The notes beneath the pieces are model-generated. The model made no database searches and had not been told where the DNA came from. It saw only the letters and a program-made list of their open reading frames with translations. This document shows, in pieces, positions 10,110-23,339 of a stretch of DNA of 64,000 nt; position 1 is the stretch's first letter; each line of letters begins with the position of its first letter. The position numbers and the translations under genes are program-made. The stretch is from Chiloscyllium plagiosum (taxonomy: Eukaryota): contig NC_057719.1 in NCBI RefSeq assembly GCF_004010195.1, forward strand, positions 93,077,946 through 93,141,945, written 5' to 3'.

Positions 10110-11310
10110 GGGGCTAGGTGAGATGTTGTTCACTGTTTTGCATTGGGGATGAGATAGAATAGTATTCACTGTTTGGCTTTGGGGAACAGGTGGGCCAGTG
10201 TTCACTGCTTTGCATTCAGTCTACATGGGTCACTGTTTTCTATTGGAGACTAGGTTGGGCAGTATTCACTATTTTGCAATCGGGTCAACTATGACAGTGT
10301 TCACTGCTTTGCCTTGTGGACGAGATGGGAGAGTTTTGATTGTATTCCATTGGGGACTAGGTGGGAGCATATTCACTGTTTTGCATTGGGGACTAGGTAG
10401 GACAGTGTTCACTGTTTTCCAATGGCGACCAGGTGGGAATATGTTCACTCTTGCATTGGGACCTAGGTGGGACATTTTTCACAGTCTTCCATTGGGGAAG
10501 GCGGGAGATTGTTCACGGTTTTGCATTGTGGACTGGGTGAGACAGTTTTCATTGTTTTGCATTGTTGACGAAGCGAGATAGTTTTCACTCTTTTCCATTG
10601 GGGACTAGGTAAGATAGCTTTCTCTCTTTTGCATCCTGTCCTTGGTGTGACAGTGTTGACTGTTTTGCGTTGTAGACGATATGAGCACAGTGTTCACTGT
10701 GTTCCATTATCGTCTAGTTAAAGACAGTTTCTTGTATTTTCAATTTCGGACTATGTGGAACAATGGTACAGTGTTTATTGCTTTGCATTGTGGTCAGGTT
10801 GGGACATTATTCACTATTTTGCATTGGGAACTAGGTGGGACTGTGTTCACTGTTCCACATTAAGGCCCAGCTGGCGCATTGTTTACTGGTTTCCTCTGGG
10901 GACTAAGTGGGACAGTATTCCCTGTTTTGCATTGGGATCTGGGTAGGACATTGTTCACTCTTTTGCATTGGCGACTACGTGATAAAGTGTTGACTGTTTT
11001 ACCTTGAGCACTACGTGGGAAAGTGTTCACTGTTTGGCATTCGGACCCGAGTGGAACAGTGCTCACTGTTTTACCTTGGGGACATTGTGGGACAGTGTTC
11101 AATGCTGTGTACTAGGTAGGACAGTGTTTGTTATTCTATTTGGGACTAGATTGGACAGTGTTCACTCTTTTGCATTGGGGACTTGGTGTGACAGTATTCA
11201 CTGATTTCAGTTGGGGTTTCCATTGGAGACTGAGGTGCAATGTTCACGGGTTTGTACCGACGACTGAGGCCATTATTCATCGTTTTGCTTTGCTTATTAT
11301 GGTGTGATCA
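10110..11310. repeat. 36-bp satellite A, continuation
   Basis: Same unit resumes in register after the ERV (GGGG CTAGGTG). Confidence 0.92.
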
Positions 11311-14300
11311 TAATAGACAATAGAGAACAGGTGCAGGTGTAGGCCATTCTGCCCTTCGAGCCTGCACCACCATTCAATATGATCATGGCTGATCATCCTT
11401 AATCAGTATCCTATTCCTGCCTTATCTCCATAACCCTTGATTCCACTATCCTTGAGAGTTTCAGCGTAAGGTCGTCCCGCCATTCCAGGAATTGACCTCG
11501 TGAACCCTACGCTGCACTCCCTCGATAGCCAGAATGTCTTTCCTCAAATTTGGAGACCAGAACTGCACACAATACTCCATGTGTGGTCGCACCGGGCCCT
11601 GTACAGCTGCAGAAGAACCTGTTTGCTTCTATACTTAATCACTCTTGTTATGAAGGCCAGTATACTATTAGCCTTCTTCACTACCTGCTGCACCTGCATG
11701 CTTACCATCATTGACTGGTGTACAAAAATATCCAGACCTCTTTGTACTGCCCCTTTACCTAAATTGATTGCATTTAGGTAGTAATCTGCCTTCCTGTTCT
11801 TGCCACGAAAGTGGATAACCATACATTTATCCACATTAAATTACATCTGCCAGGCATCTGACCACTCACCTAACCTGTCTAGGTCACCCTGTAATCTCCT
11901 AACATCCTCATCACATTTCACCCTGCCACCCAGCTTAGTATCATCAGCAAATTTGCTAATGTTATTACTAATACCATCTTCTACATCATTAATATATATT
12001 ATAAAAAGCTGCAGTCCCATCACTGATCCCTGCTGTAGGCCACTGGACTGCCATTCCAAAATGGAGCCATTTATCACTACTCTTTGTTTCCTGTCAGCCA
12101 ACCAACTTTCAATCCAAGTTAGTACTTTGCCCCCAATACCATGCGCCGTAATTTTGCTCACTAATCTCCTATGTGGGACTTTATCAAAAGCTTTCTTAAA
12201 GTTCAGGTACACTACATCTACTGGATCTCCCTAGTCCATCTTCAGAGTTGCATCCTTAAAAAATTCCAGAAGATTAGTCAAGCATGAGTTCCCCTTCATA
12301 AATCCATGCTGACTCTCACCCACCTTTCTTCAAAAGTGGTACAACATTAGCCACCCTCCAATTCGCAGGAACTGATCCTGAATCTATCGTACTCTGGAAA
12401 ATAATCACCAATGCATCCACGATTTCTCTACCCACCTCCTTCAGTACCCTGGGATGTAGACCATCAGGCCCTGGGGACTCATCAAACCTCAGACCTAATA
12501 GTCTCTCCAACACCATTACCTGGCAAATATAAATTCCCTTAAGTTCAAGTCCTTCAGCCATTGTTACCTCAAGGAGATTGCTTGTGTCTTCCCCAGTGAA
12601 CACAGATCTGAAGTTCCAATTCAATTCTTCTGCCATTTTTTTGTTCCCCGTAATATATTCCCCTGTTTCTGTCTTCAAGGGCTCAATTTTAGTNNNNNNN
12701 NNNNNNNNNNNNNNNNNNNNNNNNNNNNNNTTTACTATCCTCCTTTATATTATTGGCCAGTTTACCTTTGAACCTCATTTTTTCTCTGCGTATTTCCTTC
12801 TTAGTAATCCTCTGTTGTTCTTTAAAAGCTTCCCAAACCTCCGTTTTCCCACCTATCTTTGCTATGTTATACTTTTTCTCTTTTAACTTTATATGTTTCT
12901 TAACTTCCCTCGTCAGCCACGGCCACCCATGCCTCCTCCTAAGATCTTTCTTCCTTTTTGGAATGAACTGATCCTGCATCTTCTGCATTATACCCAAAAA
13001 TACCTGCCATTGTTGTTCCACTGTCATCCCTGTTAAGGGATTGCACCATTGAACTTTGACCAGCTCTTCCCTAATAGCTCCATAGTTCCCTTTATTCAAC
13101 AGAAATATTGTCACTTCCGATTGTACCTCTCCCTCTCAAATTGCAGATTGAAGCTTATTGTATTATAGTCACTACTTCCCAATGGCTCCTTCACTTCGAG
13201 GTCCCTGATCAATTCTGGTTCGTTGCACAATACCAGATCCAGAATTGCCTTCTCCCTGGCAGGCTCCAGCACCAGCTGTTCTAAGAATCCATCTAGGAGG
13301 CACTCCACAAAGTCTCTTTCTTGAGGTCCAATACCATCCTGATTCTCCCAGTCTACCTGCATGATGAAATCCCCCATAACAACTGTTGTAACTTCTTTGT
13401 GACAGGCCAATTTCAGCTGCTGATTCAACTTACATCCGAAATCCAGATTACTGTTTGGGGGTCTGTAGATAACTCCCAACTGGGTATTTTTACCCTTTGA
13501 ATTTCTCAGCTCTATCCATACTGACTCTACATCCCCTGATTCTATGTGACCCCGCACAAGGGACTGAATTTCATCCCTTACCAACATGGCCACCTCACCA
13601 CCTCTGCCCGTCAGTCTGTCCTTACGATAGCACCTGTAGCCTTCAATATTCATTTCCCAGGCCCTGTCCACTTGAAGCCACGTCTCAGTTATCCGCTCAA
13701 TATCGTATCTGCGTATTTCCAAAAGAGCTTCAAGCTCATCCAGCTTATTTCTAATGCTTTGTGCATTCATATATAGTATTTTTAATTTGTTACTGCCCTC
13801 ACCCTTCCCATCAACTCCTATTTCACTCAACCTTACAGCATGATCGCTATTTGAGTTTTCTGCTTCATTGATACAGTTGTCTTTCTTGACTTTCCTTGTT
13901 CTAACTTTCCCTTCAATTTCCTTCTTAAACAGCCAGTTTGTACCCTCTCCCCGGCCAATTAGTTTAAACGTAGCTGTGTTGCAGTTGCAAACCTGCCTGC
14001 CAGAATGCTGGTCCCTAACCTATTAAGGTGCAAACCAACCCTTTTGTATAATTTATGCTTACCACAAAACATACCCCAGTGATCCAATAATTTAAATCAT
14101 TGCTTCCTGCACCAGCTCCCCAGCCACACGTTCAACTCCATTATCGCCCTTTTTCTGGCCTCACCATCCCGAGGAACTGGAAGCACATCGGAGATAAACA
14201 CCCTGGACGTCCTGCTTTTCAGCCTTCTTCCTAGTTCTCCGAAGTCCCACTGTAGTATGTTCCTCCTTTTGTTCCCGACATCATTTGTGCCGACATGTAC

Positions 14301-15160
14301 AGCGACCTCTGGCTCTTCACCTTCGTCCTTGAGGATTTCCTGCACTCTGTCTGTAATGTCTTTATCCCAGGCACTAAAAAGGCAACACACCATCCTTAAG
14401 TCCCGCCTGCTGCCACAAAAATCCGGTTAGGTCTTCTCAATATGAAGTCCCCTATTACCACGGCTCTGTGCGATGTCCGACTCTTCCGCTCTGCCTCCAC
14501 GCCAACTTTTGATTGACAGACATGGCCGCCTCGCGGACTGGCAGTGTTATCTGTCTCTACTGTTTCCAAAAGATTCAACTTGTTCCTGACAGGTACTTTC
14601 CCCTGGGGCTCTTGCACCTGTCTCCTCTCTGCCTTCCTTATCGTCTGCTCTCTTCTGCTCTCCTCTGGTATGGCCGGTGTAATAACCTCGCTGAAGGTCT
14701 TGCCAGAAAGATCTCGTTCTCTCGGATGAGCCTAACGTCCTCGAGCTCTTTCATCAGTGCTGCAATATGCTCTGTCAGTAGCTGAACGTGAACACACTTT
14801 CCACATTTATACGAGCCAGACACACCAGAGTCGTTGACGTCCCACATCACATACGTAGCACACTGAAGCAGCTTGGCAGTCATGTCTTCACCCTCTTCAA
14901 CTGAGGCGTTATCACTTCAATCAACCTACTTGTCAAAGACTCCCGGCCTAAACCCTCACTCTTCAATCCACTGGAACTTCCTTGGAACCTCTTTTTGGGG
15001 CAAGTCTGTGGACGTTTTATTTAGGTTAGAGGAGGAAGGTGGGAGGGAAGCCCTACTTTGAAGGACCTGGGGTCGAGAACACACGCACTGAAATAACAAT
15101 CCCGACAGGCTTTGCGCTCACGTCACTTCCGTCCAGCTCCCGCCGCTCTCTGCTGCAAAA
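11311..15160 (-). mobile_element. Near full-length CR1-clade LINE (ORF1 zinc finger + SGNH esterase; ORF2 APE endonuclease + RT), degraded
   Basis: ORF1: CATYVMW..CGKC, VVIGD, VHVGTND. ORF2: YMNAQSI, ITETW, YRPPN, GDF, SDYN, AFDKVPH, KFADDTKL. Typical CR1 3' end with short tail at 11311-11370. N gap at 12694-12730. Confidence 0.92.
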
Positions 15161-15164
15161 AGGC

Positions 15165-16700
15165 CGTTTTTATTTTGTACTGGGGCACGTTTTGACATTG
15201 CTGAGTATTTTGCTTTGGAGGTCAGGTGGTGACAGTGTTCTTGATTTTTCATTGGGAATTCTGCTGTAGCGGTGACAATGTTCATAGTATTGCCTTGGTG
15301 ACTGGAGTTTGCTCACAATGTTCACTGTTTTGCATTGTCAACTGAGGGCAGTGGTCAGTGTTTTGCATTGGTGACTTGGGTGGAGTATTCATTGTTTTAC
15401 ATGTACGACTAGGGGTCTGTGTTCACAGTTTGGCAGCTAAGACTGTGAGCAGTCCTCACTGGTTTGCATTTGTGGCTGGGGGCAATGTTTACAGGTTTGC
15501 ATAGGCGACAGAGACACAGTGTTCACTTTTTTTTGCATTGATGGCGGGGGAACAGTGTTCACTATTTAGAAATGATGACTAGGTGGGACAGTGTTCAGCA
15601 TTATGCTTTGAGAGTTTGGGTGATGCTGTCAACGTTCACTGGATTTCACTGGGGACCAAGTGGTGCAGAGTTCACTACTTTGATTTGCAGAGTGCGTGTA
15701 TTGGTGACTGCGTTCATCCTTTTGAATTGGGGACTGGGGGCTGTTGACAAAGTTCAAGGTTTTGCATTAGCCAATGGAGGCAGGCTTCAATGTTCGCAGT
15801 TGGTGAATGGGGCGCATTGTTCATTCGCATGCATTGGCGAATGAGAGCCAGTGTTCACTGTTTTTCACTTGCGACCATGTTGGAGAGTGTGCACCACTTT
15901 GCATTGTTGACGAGGTATTGACAGTTTTTACGGTTTTCCATTGGGAACTGAGGGGGCTGGTGTTGTCGGTGTTCACGGTTTTGCATTGCAACCATGATCA
16001 CGATTTGGCATTGGGAAATGTGGTTGGTGATATTGTTTATGGTTTTGCATTGGCCAATTGGGAACAGTGTTCACTCTCTTGAATTGGCGACTGGGAGTCA
16101 GTGTTCACTGCTTTGCTTTGGTGACTGGGGGTGGGGGGTAGTGTTCACTGTTTTGCACTGGTTGCTGGAGGGCGGTGTTCATTATTTTGTACTGGGGCAC
16201 GTTTGGACATTGTTGACTGTTTTGCTTTGGAGATCAGGTGGTGGCTTTTCATTGGGAGTTCTGGTGTAGTGGTGACAATGTTCTTAGTATTGAGTTGGTG
16301 ACTGGAGTTTGCTCACAATGTTCACGGTTTCACATTGTCAACATGGGGCAGTGTTCAGTGTTTTGCATTGGTGACCTGGGTGTAGTAATCATTGTTTTGC
16401 ATTTACAACTTGGGGTCTGTGTTCACTGTTTTGCATTGATGACTGTGGAAAAATGTTCACTGTTTTGTATTGGTGACTGGGGTGCAGTGTTCATTGTTTT
16501 GCCTTGGTGACTGGGGAACAGTATTCACTGTTTTGCACTGGGGATGAGGTGATGACAGTGTATACAATTTCACATTGAGAATTGGTGGGCTGGTGGTGCC
16601 AGTGTTCATGGGTTTGCAATTGGGACGGGAGATTTGTTGTTGACAACGTTCATGGTTTTGCAATTTCAACTGGTTGGGTGATGACAGTGAACACTGTCAG
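15165..16700. repeat. Diverged satellite A
   Basis: CAGTGTTCACTGTTTTGCATTG core recurs; ~15170-15480 is duplicated at ~16185-16480. Confidence 0.85.
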
Positions 16701-17060
16701 CAGGACACTACAGGACACTACATTAACGACTGTGTCGGCGCCAGGTCGTGCTCATCAACGGTTCATCAACTTATCCACACCATGTACACTGACATCAAGT
16801 TCACATGGACAATCTCCAGCTCATTCTCCCCTTCCTACACCTCTCCATCTCTGGTGACCGACCCAACACGGACATCTATTTCAAATCTACCAACCTCGAC
16901 AACTACCTTGACTTCATCTCTTCCCATAAACACCTCGTGATCCATTTCTCCAATTCCTCTGCCTCTGCCGTATCTGATCCCAGGAGGAACAATTCCACTC
17001 CAGGTCATCCCAGATGGCCTTCCATTTCAGGGACATTAATTCTCCCCACGTGATCAAAAA
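16700..17060 (+). mobile_element. Penelope-like (Neptune-type) RT fragment
   Basis: YINDCVGA (degenerate YIDD motif), TDIYFKST..NYLDF; similar to 42170-42370. Confidence 0.7.
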
Positions 17061-17329
17061 ATGTTCTTCGGAGCAGAAAAAAAATAAAACAAAAACCACG
17101 GCAAGTAGCATTGTGAAGAAAGGATGCACTCAGCGTATTCGTGAGACCACCAAATAACATTTAATCCTTTTGGATGGATCTGAGAAACAGCAAAAGGCAG
17201 CAATCATTCGCAGGAATTTCTTTATAGTCACTAAAGGGAGAGATAGTTTTCTGTAGTAGCTTGGCAACGTACCATCAAGAGGATGGTCAATTCCACATAG
17301 GATATTATGTAATGAGAAAGAGAACCACA

Positions 17330-18450
17330 ATGGTATGAAATCTTTTTAAATGATTTAGTTACACATCTGAGATATACGTGTGGAATTAATCTCTCTGGCA
17401 CTGGGATATCATAGCAATTACAGAAACGTGTTGGAAGGAAGAACTTGACTGGCAGCTTAATGTTTCAAAATATAAATGCTACAGGAAGGAGAGAAAGGGA
17501 GGAAATAGGGGCGAGGGAGTGCCGTTTTTTGGAGAGCGTAACAGCTATATGTGGTGAGGTTGTTTCTGGAAATACATCCGGGGACATTATTTAGTTCTAA
17601 CTTTCCAAGCTTAGACTGGGACTGCTATAGTGTTCGGAGTTGTGGAGGAGAATAATTTGATAAGTATGTGCAGGAAAATTTTCTGATTCAGTGTGTGGTT
17701 GTTCCCACGACCGAAGGTGCAAAACGTGACCTATTCTTGGGAAATAAGGCATGGCAGATGACTTAGGTCTCAGTGGGAGAGTATTTTGCGGCCAGTTACC
17801 ATAATTCTATTTGTTTCAAAATCGTGATGGAAAAGGATAGGCACTGTCTAAAAGTTGAACTTATAAATTGGAGGAAGGCAAAACTTGATGGTATTAGGCA
17901 AGAACTTTGAAAAGCTGATTGGAGATAGAGGTTGGCTGGTAAAGGGACGTTTGGAAAATGTGAAGCTTTCATAAATGAGATAACGAGATTCCAGAGACAA
18001 TATATTGCTGCTGGGTGCAAGTAAAGGCTGGTAGGTGCAGTGAATGTCTTGAGAAATTGAGGGTTTGGTTAAGAAAAAGAAGAAAACATATGCCAGGTAC
18101 ACAGTGGGAGCTTGAGTCAAACCTCAGAGTATAAAGGCAGTAGGACGACATAGAAGAGGAAAATCAGGAGGGCAAAAATGGGACATAAGATAGCTTTTGG
18201 CAATTAGGGAGATAGCAGCCTTTGTGTGGAGCCACAAGACGTGGGGGAGATATTAAACGAGTATTTTGCATCGGTATGTTCTGTGGAGAAGGACATGAAA
18301 AATACAAAATGTAAGGAAATAGGTAGTGACGTCTTGTAAAATGTCCATATTACAGAGGAGGAAGTGTTGGATTTCTTGGAAAGCTTAAAAGGTGGATAGA
18401 TCCCCAGGGCCAGATCGGGGATACCTATGGGAAGTTAGGGAATTGTTTTG
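17330..18450 (+). mobile_element. Degraded CR1 ORF2 fragment
   Basis: Remnants of the APE C-terminus, LNEYFASV and SPGPD motifs. Confidence 0.7.
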
Positions 18451-18524
18451 GTGGCCAGTTAATGTTTATGAATCGTGCTGTAAAGTTTCCTGTTAGTTAT
18501 ACCGATTTATTTATTTTTTGTGGC

Positions 18525-18885
18525 TTAAATACATGACCCACTACCACTAGTTTCTATACATACAGACAAAGAAGGACACCTCATGGACTGGAACAACGCA
18601 TGCATTCGAGAACATGCGAAACAAAGACGTACATTAGAATTCTCACATGCATGAGTTCTAACTGAAGCACCATCAATAAACATATCGATATAGATCCTAT
18701 TAAAATTTCCTTGAATAAAAAACACCGGAAAGGAACCACCCGACAGAAGAAACTAATACCTATAAACAGACAGGTGGGACATATCACCAGCGCTTTACTG
18801 GAGATTCTCCCTGATGATCTTACCTAGTGCGGTAACTAAACATCTGAAAACAAACCTTGAGGCTCAGCGTGCCAGCTTACATACA
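18525..18885 (+). mobile_element. Penelope/Poseidon-type 3' end with degenerate hammerhead
   Basis: DWNN..I..AKQR..LEF...SINKHIDIDPI C-terminus; CTGATGA-TTACC..GGTAA motif at 18811. Confidence 0.7.
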
Positions 18886-19274
18886 GACAGAGTGTATTCT
18901 TAACGAGATGTGCGAGTCAAGTCTATGCATAGAAGGTTGAAGGTTCTTTGGGGAATAGTAGAAACAACAAACGTTAGCAACGTTATTAATTTACGTTTAG
19001 GCAGAGGCATGAACAGGCAGAGAACAGAGGGATGTGGACCATGTGGAGGCAGATAGTATTAGTTTGCGTTAGTGTTATGTTTGCACAGCCATAATGGGCC
19101 AAAAGGTCTGTTGTTGTGCCGTACTGTTGGATTTTATCATTTCCTGGCGTCTATCCAGTCAAAATCTCTAAGAATCATTGATGTTTCATAAAATTTCTCT
19201 CTCATTCTTCGAAAGTCCAGTGAATTCAAGCTGAATCTACTCAACCTCCTCTCATCGGAAAATACCTCCATTCA

Positions 19275-19875
19275 GTTATGGACTAGGAGAACCCCCAACA
19301 AAACATTTCAAGAAAACAGCTCAGACCCCAACATTACTTTTTTTTTAAATCCGGTGTGAACTGCATATTCCACGAGTAATGTAGCAAGTCAAACTAATCA
19401 GCTTTAAACAAAACAGAATTTATTTCCACACGAACCAAAGAAAGTCGAATTTAGAATTACATAACTCTCTGAAAACCGAACCAACAAGCAAACGCAACTT
19501 AACAAAGGGATGTTATGATATCCCGGAACATGCTATGTACAATCCTTGCCAAAAACGAAATTCAAACACAGGTTCAGACAGGACGGAGATTGCAGAGAGA
19601 GAGAAAATCAGCCTGGAACTGCTTCTTTGAGCCCCCAAAAGCTTCACTGAGTGCCTAGCTAAACTTTGAGCGACAGCTGTAAACAAAGTATCTTGCTAAA
19701 ACCAAACTAAACCAAACTCTGAACTGGAAGAACTGGACATTCCCCTTTCATTGTCAAGTTGTTTTAAACACAAACACTTCAGCAACTTTTTCATGTAGAT
19801 ATTTCCAAACATACAGGTTCCTCTGCAAACAAAAACGAAAACATAACCTGGTTAAAGCAGAATCATCGTCACAAT
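19275..19875. mobile_element. Probable solo LTR related to the Gmr1-like Gypsy LTR
   Basis: Shares blocks (AAAACATT..CAGCTCAGACC, AAACAGAA) with 46250-46760; interrupts a CR1 remnant. Confidence 0.5.
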
Positions 19876-20399
19876 TCCGAAGAGCAGCATAATGAACATT
19901 CTCTGGCCTGCCTCCCATGCAAGAATATATTTCCTTATTCTGCACACAGCTCCTAATATTCTAGTTGTGATCTGACTCATATATTGTAAAACTTTAGCAA
20001 GAATTCCCTATTTCTACACTCCTTTTCTTTGTAAGTTGCCTTTATCAGATTGATATACAAGGACTCCCAAAACCAGTCAGTGCAGTAAGTCTGAAAACAA
20101 ATGATGTTTACCTGACGGTAAGTTACGAACGTGTTTGAATGAGAAAGATGAAATTAAACAATACCTGGACCTATTAATACAATGGAAGGCACATGATTCA
20201 ATGAAAGGGAATATGTTTGAAGAATTTGTTATTTATTACTTTTTGCTGTGGCTATATATGCCAGAATAGGGAAGGTTGAGCAAGGGGATTGATGGTAGGG
20301 GGTATGGTTTATCTGAATGTTCAGAAATATTTTGACAAGTTTCAATTAGGGCGAAAGCTTAACTATGTAGAGATTAAGGCCCCTTAAAGATCAATCAGG

Positions 20400-21790
20400 C
20401 CGGGTATATGTGGAGCCTCTGTTCATGGAAAAGACCCTGAACAAAACTTCCATGTCAGAAATTGGGGAAATAAATAGTGGTGCCGACAACACAGTTCACA
20501 TCAGAAAACTGGAGTTGCTGAAGCTCTTATAATTCATAAACTTAGATAAAACATCGGTCCTGATCAGGTCTATCACAGGACATTAGGGGAAGCTAGGGAA
20601 GGAATTGCAGAGCCCCTCACATAGATATTTTATCTTCAACAGGCACAGTTAGGTGGCAGAAAACTGGAGGGCAATTTATGTTGTTCCGTCACCTAAGGGC
20701 TTCAACGATTAATCATTAAGCTACAGATCAATAAGACTGAAGTCAGTGATGGAGGAGATTCTGTTTGGAAATGCAAGGACAGGTTAGGAATAATCAGTAT
20801 GGTACTGTGCATGGAAAATTATGTCTCTCAAAGCATTATGGAATGTTTAAGCATTGGTCAGGAGATAGATAAAGGCAGAGTGGTCACATTGTCTGCAAGG
20901 ACTTTGGCCAGGTTATTGGCATGGTTCCACATGAGAGAGTGATTAGTAAAATTAGGTCACACAGGATCAGGGACAGCTTGTGAACTAGACCCAATATTGC
21001 CCTGACGGGAGAAGACAGGGATGGGTTTGAGGATTGTTGTTGCTCAGAATGCAATTTCCTGTGACCAGTGGTATGCCATGTGATTCGGTCTGCTATTGTG
21101 CATCATTTCTATCAATAATTTGGATGCGTCTATAGGTGTCATGGCTATCGAGTTTGTGGCTGACACTAATATTGGTAGTAAAATGGACAATGAAGAAGGT
21201 TATTCAAGTGTACAACGGAATCTTCATCAGCTTGGCTGAGGATTCGCAGATGGAGTTTAGATAAATGTGCGGTGCCCCATATGGGCGGCATGGTGGCACA
21301 GTGGCTAACACTGCTGCCTGACAGTGCCAGAGACCCGGGTTCAGTTCCCACCTCAGGCTATTGTCTGCGTAGAGTTTGCACATTCTCCCTGTGTCTGCGT
21401 GGGTTTCCTCCGGGTTCTCCGGTTTCCTCCACAAGTCCAAACATGTGCAGGTTAGTTGAATTGGCCATGCTAAATTCCCCATAGTGTTAGGTGAAGGGGT
21501 AAGTGTAGTGGAATGGGTCCGGGTGGGTTGCTCTTCTGAGGGTCGGTGTGGACTTGTTGGGCCGAAGGGCCGGTTTCCACACTGTAAGTAATCTAATTTA
21601 ATTTGATGTAAACACTGTGGATAGTGTTGTCGGACAGAAATCAATGAGTGTATTTGCATAGTGCATTTAAAGTAGCGACGTAGTAGACAGGGTATTGAAG
21701 AAAGCAGTTGACCCGCTTGTCTGCACTGGCAGAGCATTGAGTACAGGAGTAGGGATGTCATGTTGTAGCTGTAGTGGATATTGGTAAGGC
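20400..21790 (+). mobile_element. Degraded CR1 RT fragment interrupted by an HE1 SINE
   Basis: Remnants of GPD, NWR, FVADT and LYxxLVR motifs. Confidence 0.7.
21283..21605 (+). mobile_element. HE1-type tRNA-derived V-SINE
   Basis: tRNA-like head GGGCGGCATGGTGGCACAGTGG..GGTTCAGTTCCC, V-domain GAGTTTGCACATTCTCCC..GGTTTCCTCC, CR1-like tail. Confidence 0.9.
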
Positions 21791-23339
21791 ACAGTAAAAG
21801 CTTATCAGGTTCACTTGTGCCCTTTAAGGAGAGACAGCTGACATTTTTATCTGGTCTGGCCTACATATGACTCCAGGCCATCATCAATATGGCTGACGCT
21901 GAGCAGTTCTCTGAGGAATCAGTGAGAGCAATGCTTGTTGATTCAGCCAGTGACACCGTCATCCCAGGAATGAATAAATAACAGTACATATAACCCTCCC
22001 TATTTCTGCAGGCACCTCCAGGTGCAGCAAATTGTCCTGGCGTTGTAACATCGTTCAGGTCATGGCCACTCTCTGTAACACATTCACCTCTTCCCGCAAA
22101 TTCAGCTCTCTCTGTTAATATCAACTCATTAAATCCTGACAATGTTTCTTTCTTCTGCACTCCTCCTACTCGGAGAAGCCTTGCAATCCCTTGAAAACCT
22201 ACTTGCATATTGTTGTAGTCCTTTGTCTGTTCCTAAAAAGGAAAATTATTTCCTCAAAAATTTTAAAGTTGTATTTTTAGCTGTTCTTCTTAGCGTCTTG
22301 TCATGCAATGTGATCCTGTGCGTCCTCTTGAGAGGCAGGTAGGACTGTCTTGCTGAGGTTTCGTCTCCTCCAATGGAATGGCCTTTTGTTGTATATTTTA
22401 CACCGTTCCCTTAAATGTTTTCAGCTGTTCATTTACAGCCATATGTTTCAATTTGTTTATCCTGTTTATCTTGGTCAGTTCTCCTCTCAAACTCATGTAA
22501 TTGACTTTGTTTTGTTTCCTGGAAGCGTTTCTTCTTTGTGTAGTCACTTTAAAACTTCATGAAGCCTTACAATTCCACGTTATCACAATTTCTGGAAGGA
22601 ATTCATAGTTTGACATTGCTCATGCACTCAGATTCATGGCACAATGGTTGATCTGAGATAGTTAAGTCCATTGAGAGTTTCACAATGTATTTTTCAAATA
22701 ATCAGTCAGAAAAACATTTTGAATCTCACTCTTGCCAGTGTGTTTCTACAAGATTAAATGAAGACTGAAGTCTCCCAAAATTATCATCCTGCCTTTGTTA
22801 TAAGTTCTGATGATTGCTTGTTTAATATGGCAATGAGCAATGAAATACTGTTAGGCTGCCTGAAGCCTGTTCTCCCAATTTGCCTTTACACTGATTCTAT
22901 TCCAAAGTTGAGTCCAAAGATATTTTCTGCAATGGATCTGCTATCCGTTACTGTCACGATGAGCCATCCTGCTTTCCCATTCTCCGTGAGCCATTGCAAG
23001 GTTGTGTACGTTTGAATATTTATGTTCCATCTTTTGTTCACACTGGAACCACGCCTCACTAGTGACTTGAACAAATGACCCATTAGCATTCCTGCAGTCA
23101 TTCGGCATTTCACTTGTGGCCAGAGAAGTATTAAATATATTCGCCAGGACCCCAGAAATCTCCTTTCTTACTTCTTGGGATGCAGTTCCTTGGGCAGTGG
23201 TAATTTATCCAACATTTTGCATGCGATAAATTTGACAGCTCTTCCTTCTTGGTCTTACCATCTCAACTGAAATCCCGGACTATACAGTCTGCTCTTTGAA
23301 TACAGATGATAAGTATTCATTTAAGACCTCCATTTAAAA

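Noticed and set aside
21283..21355. tRNA gene
   Set aside because: It is the tRNA-derived head of an HE1 SINE, followed by the V-domain.
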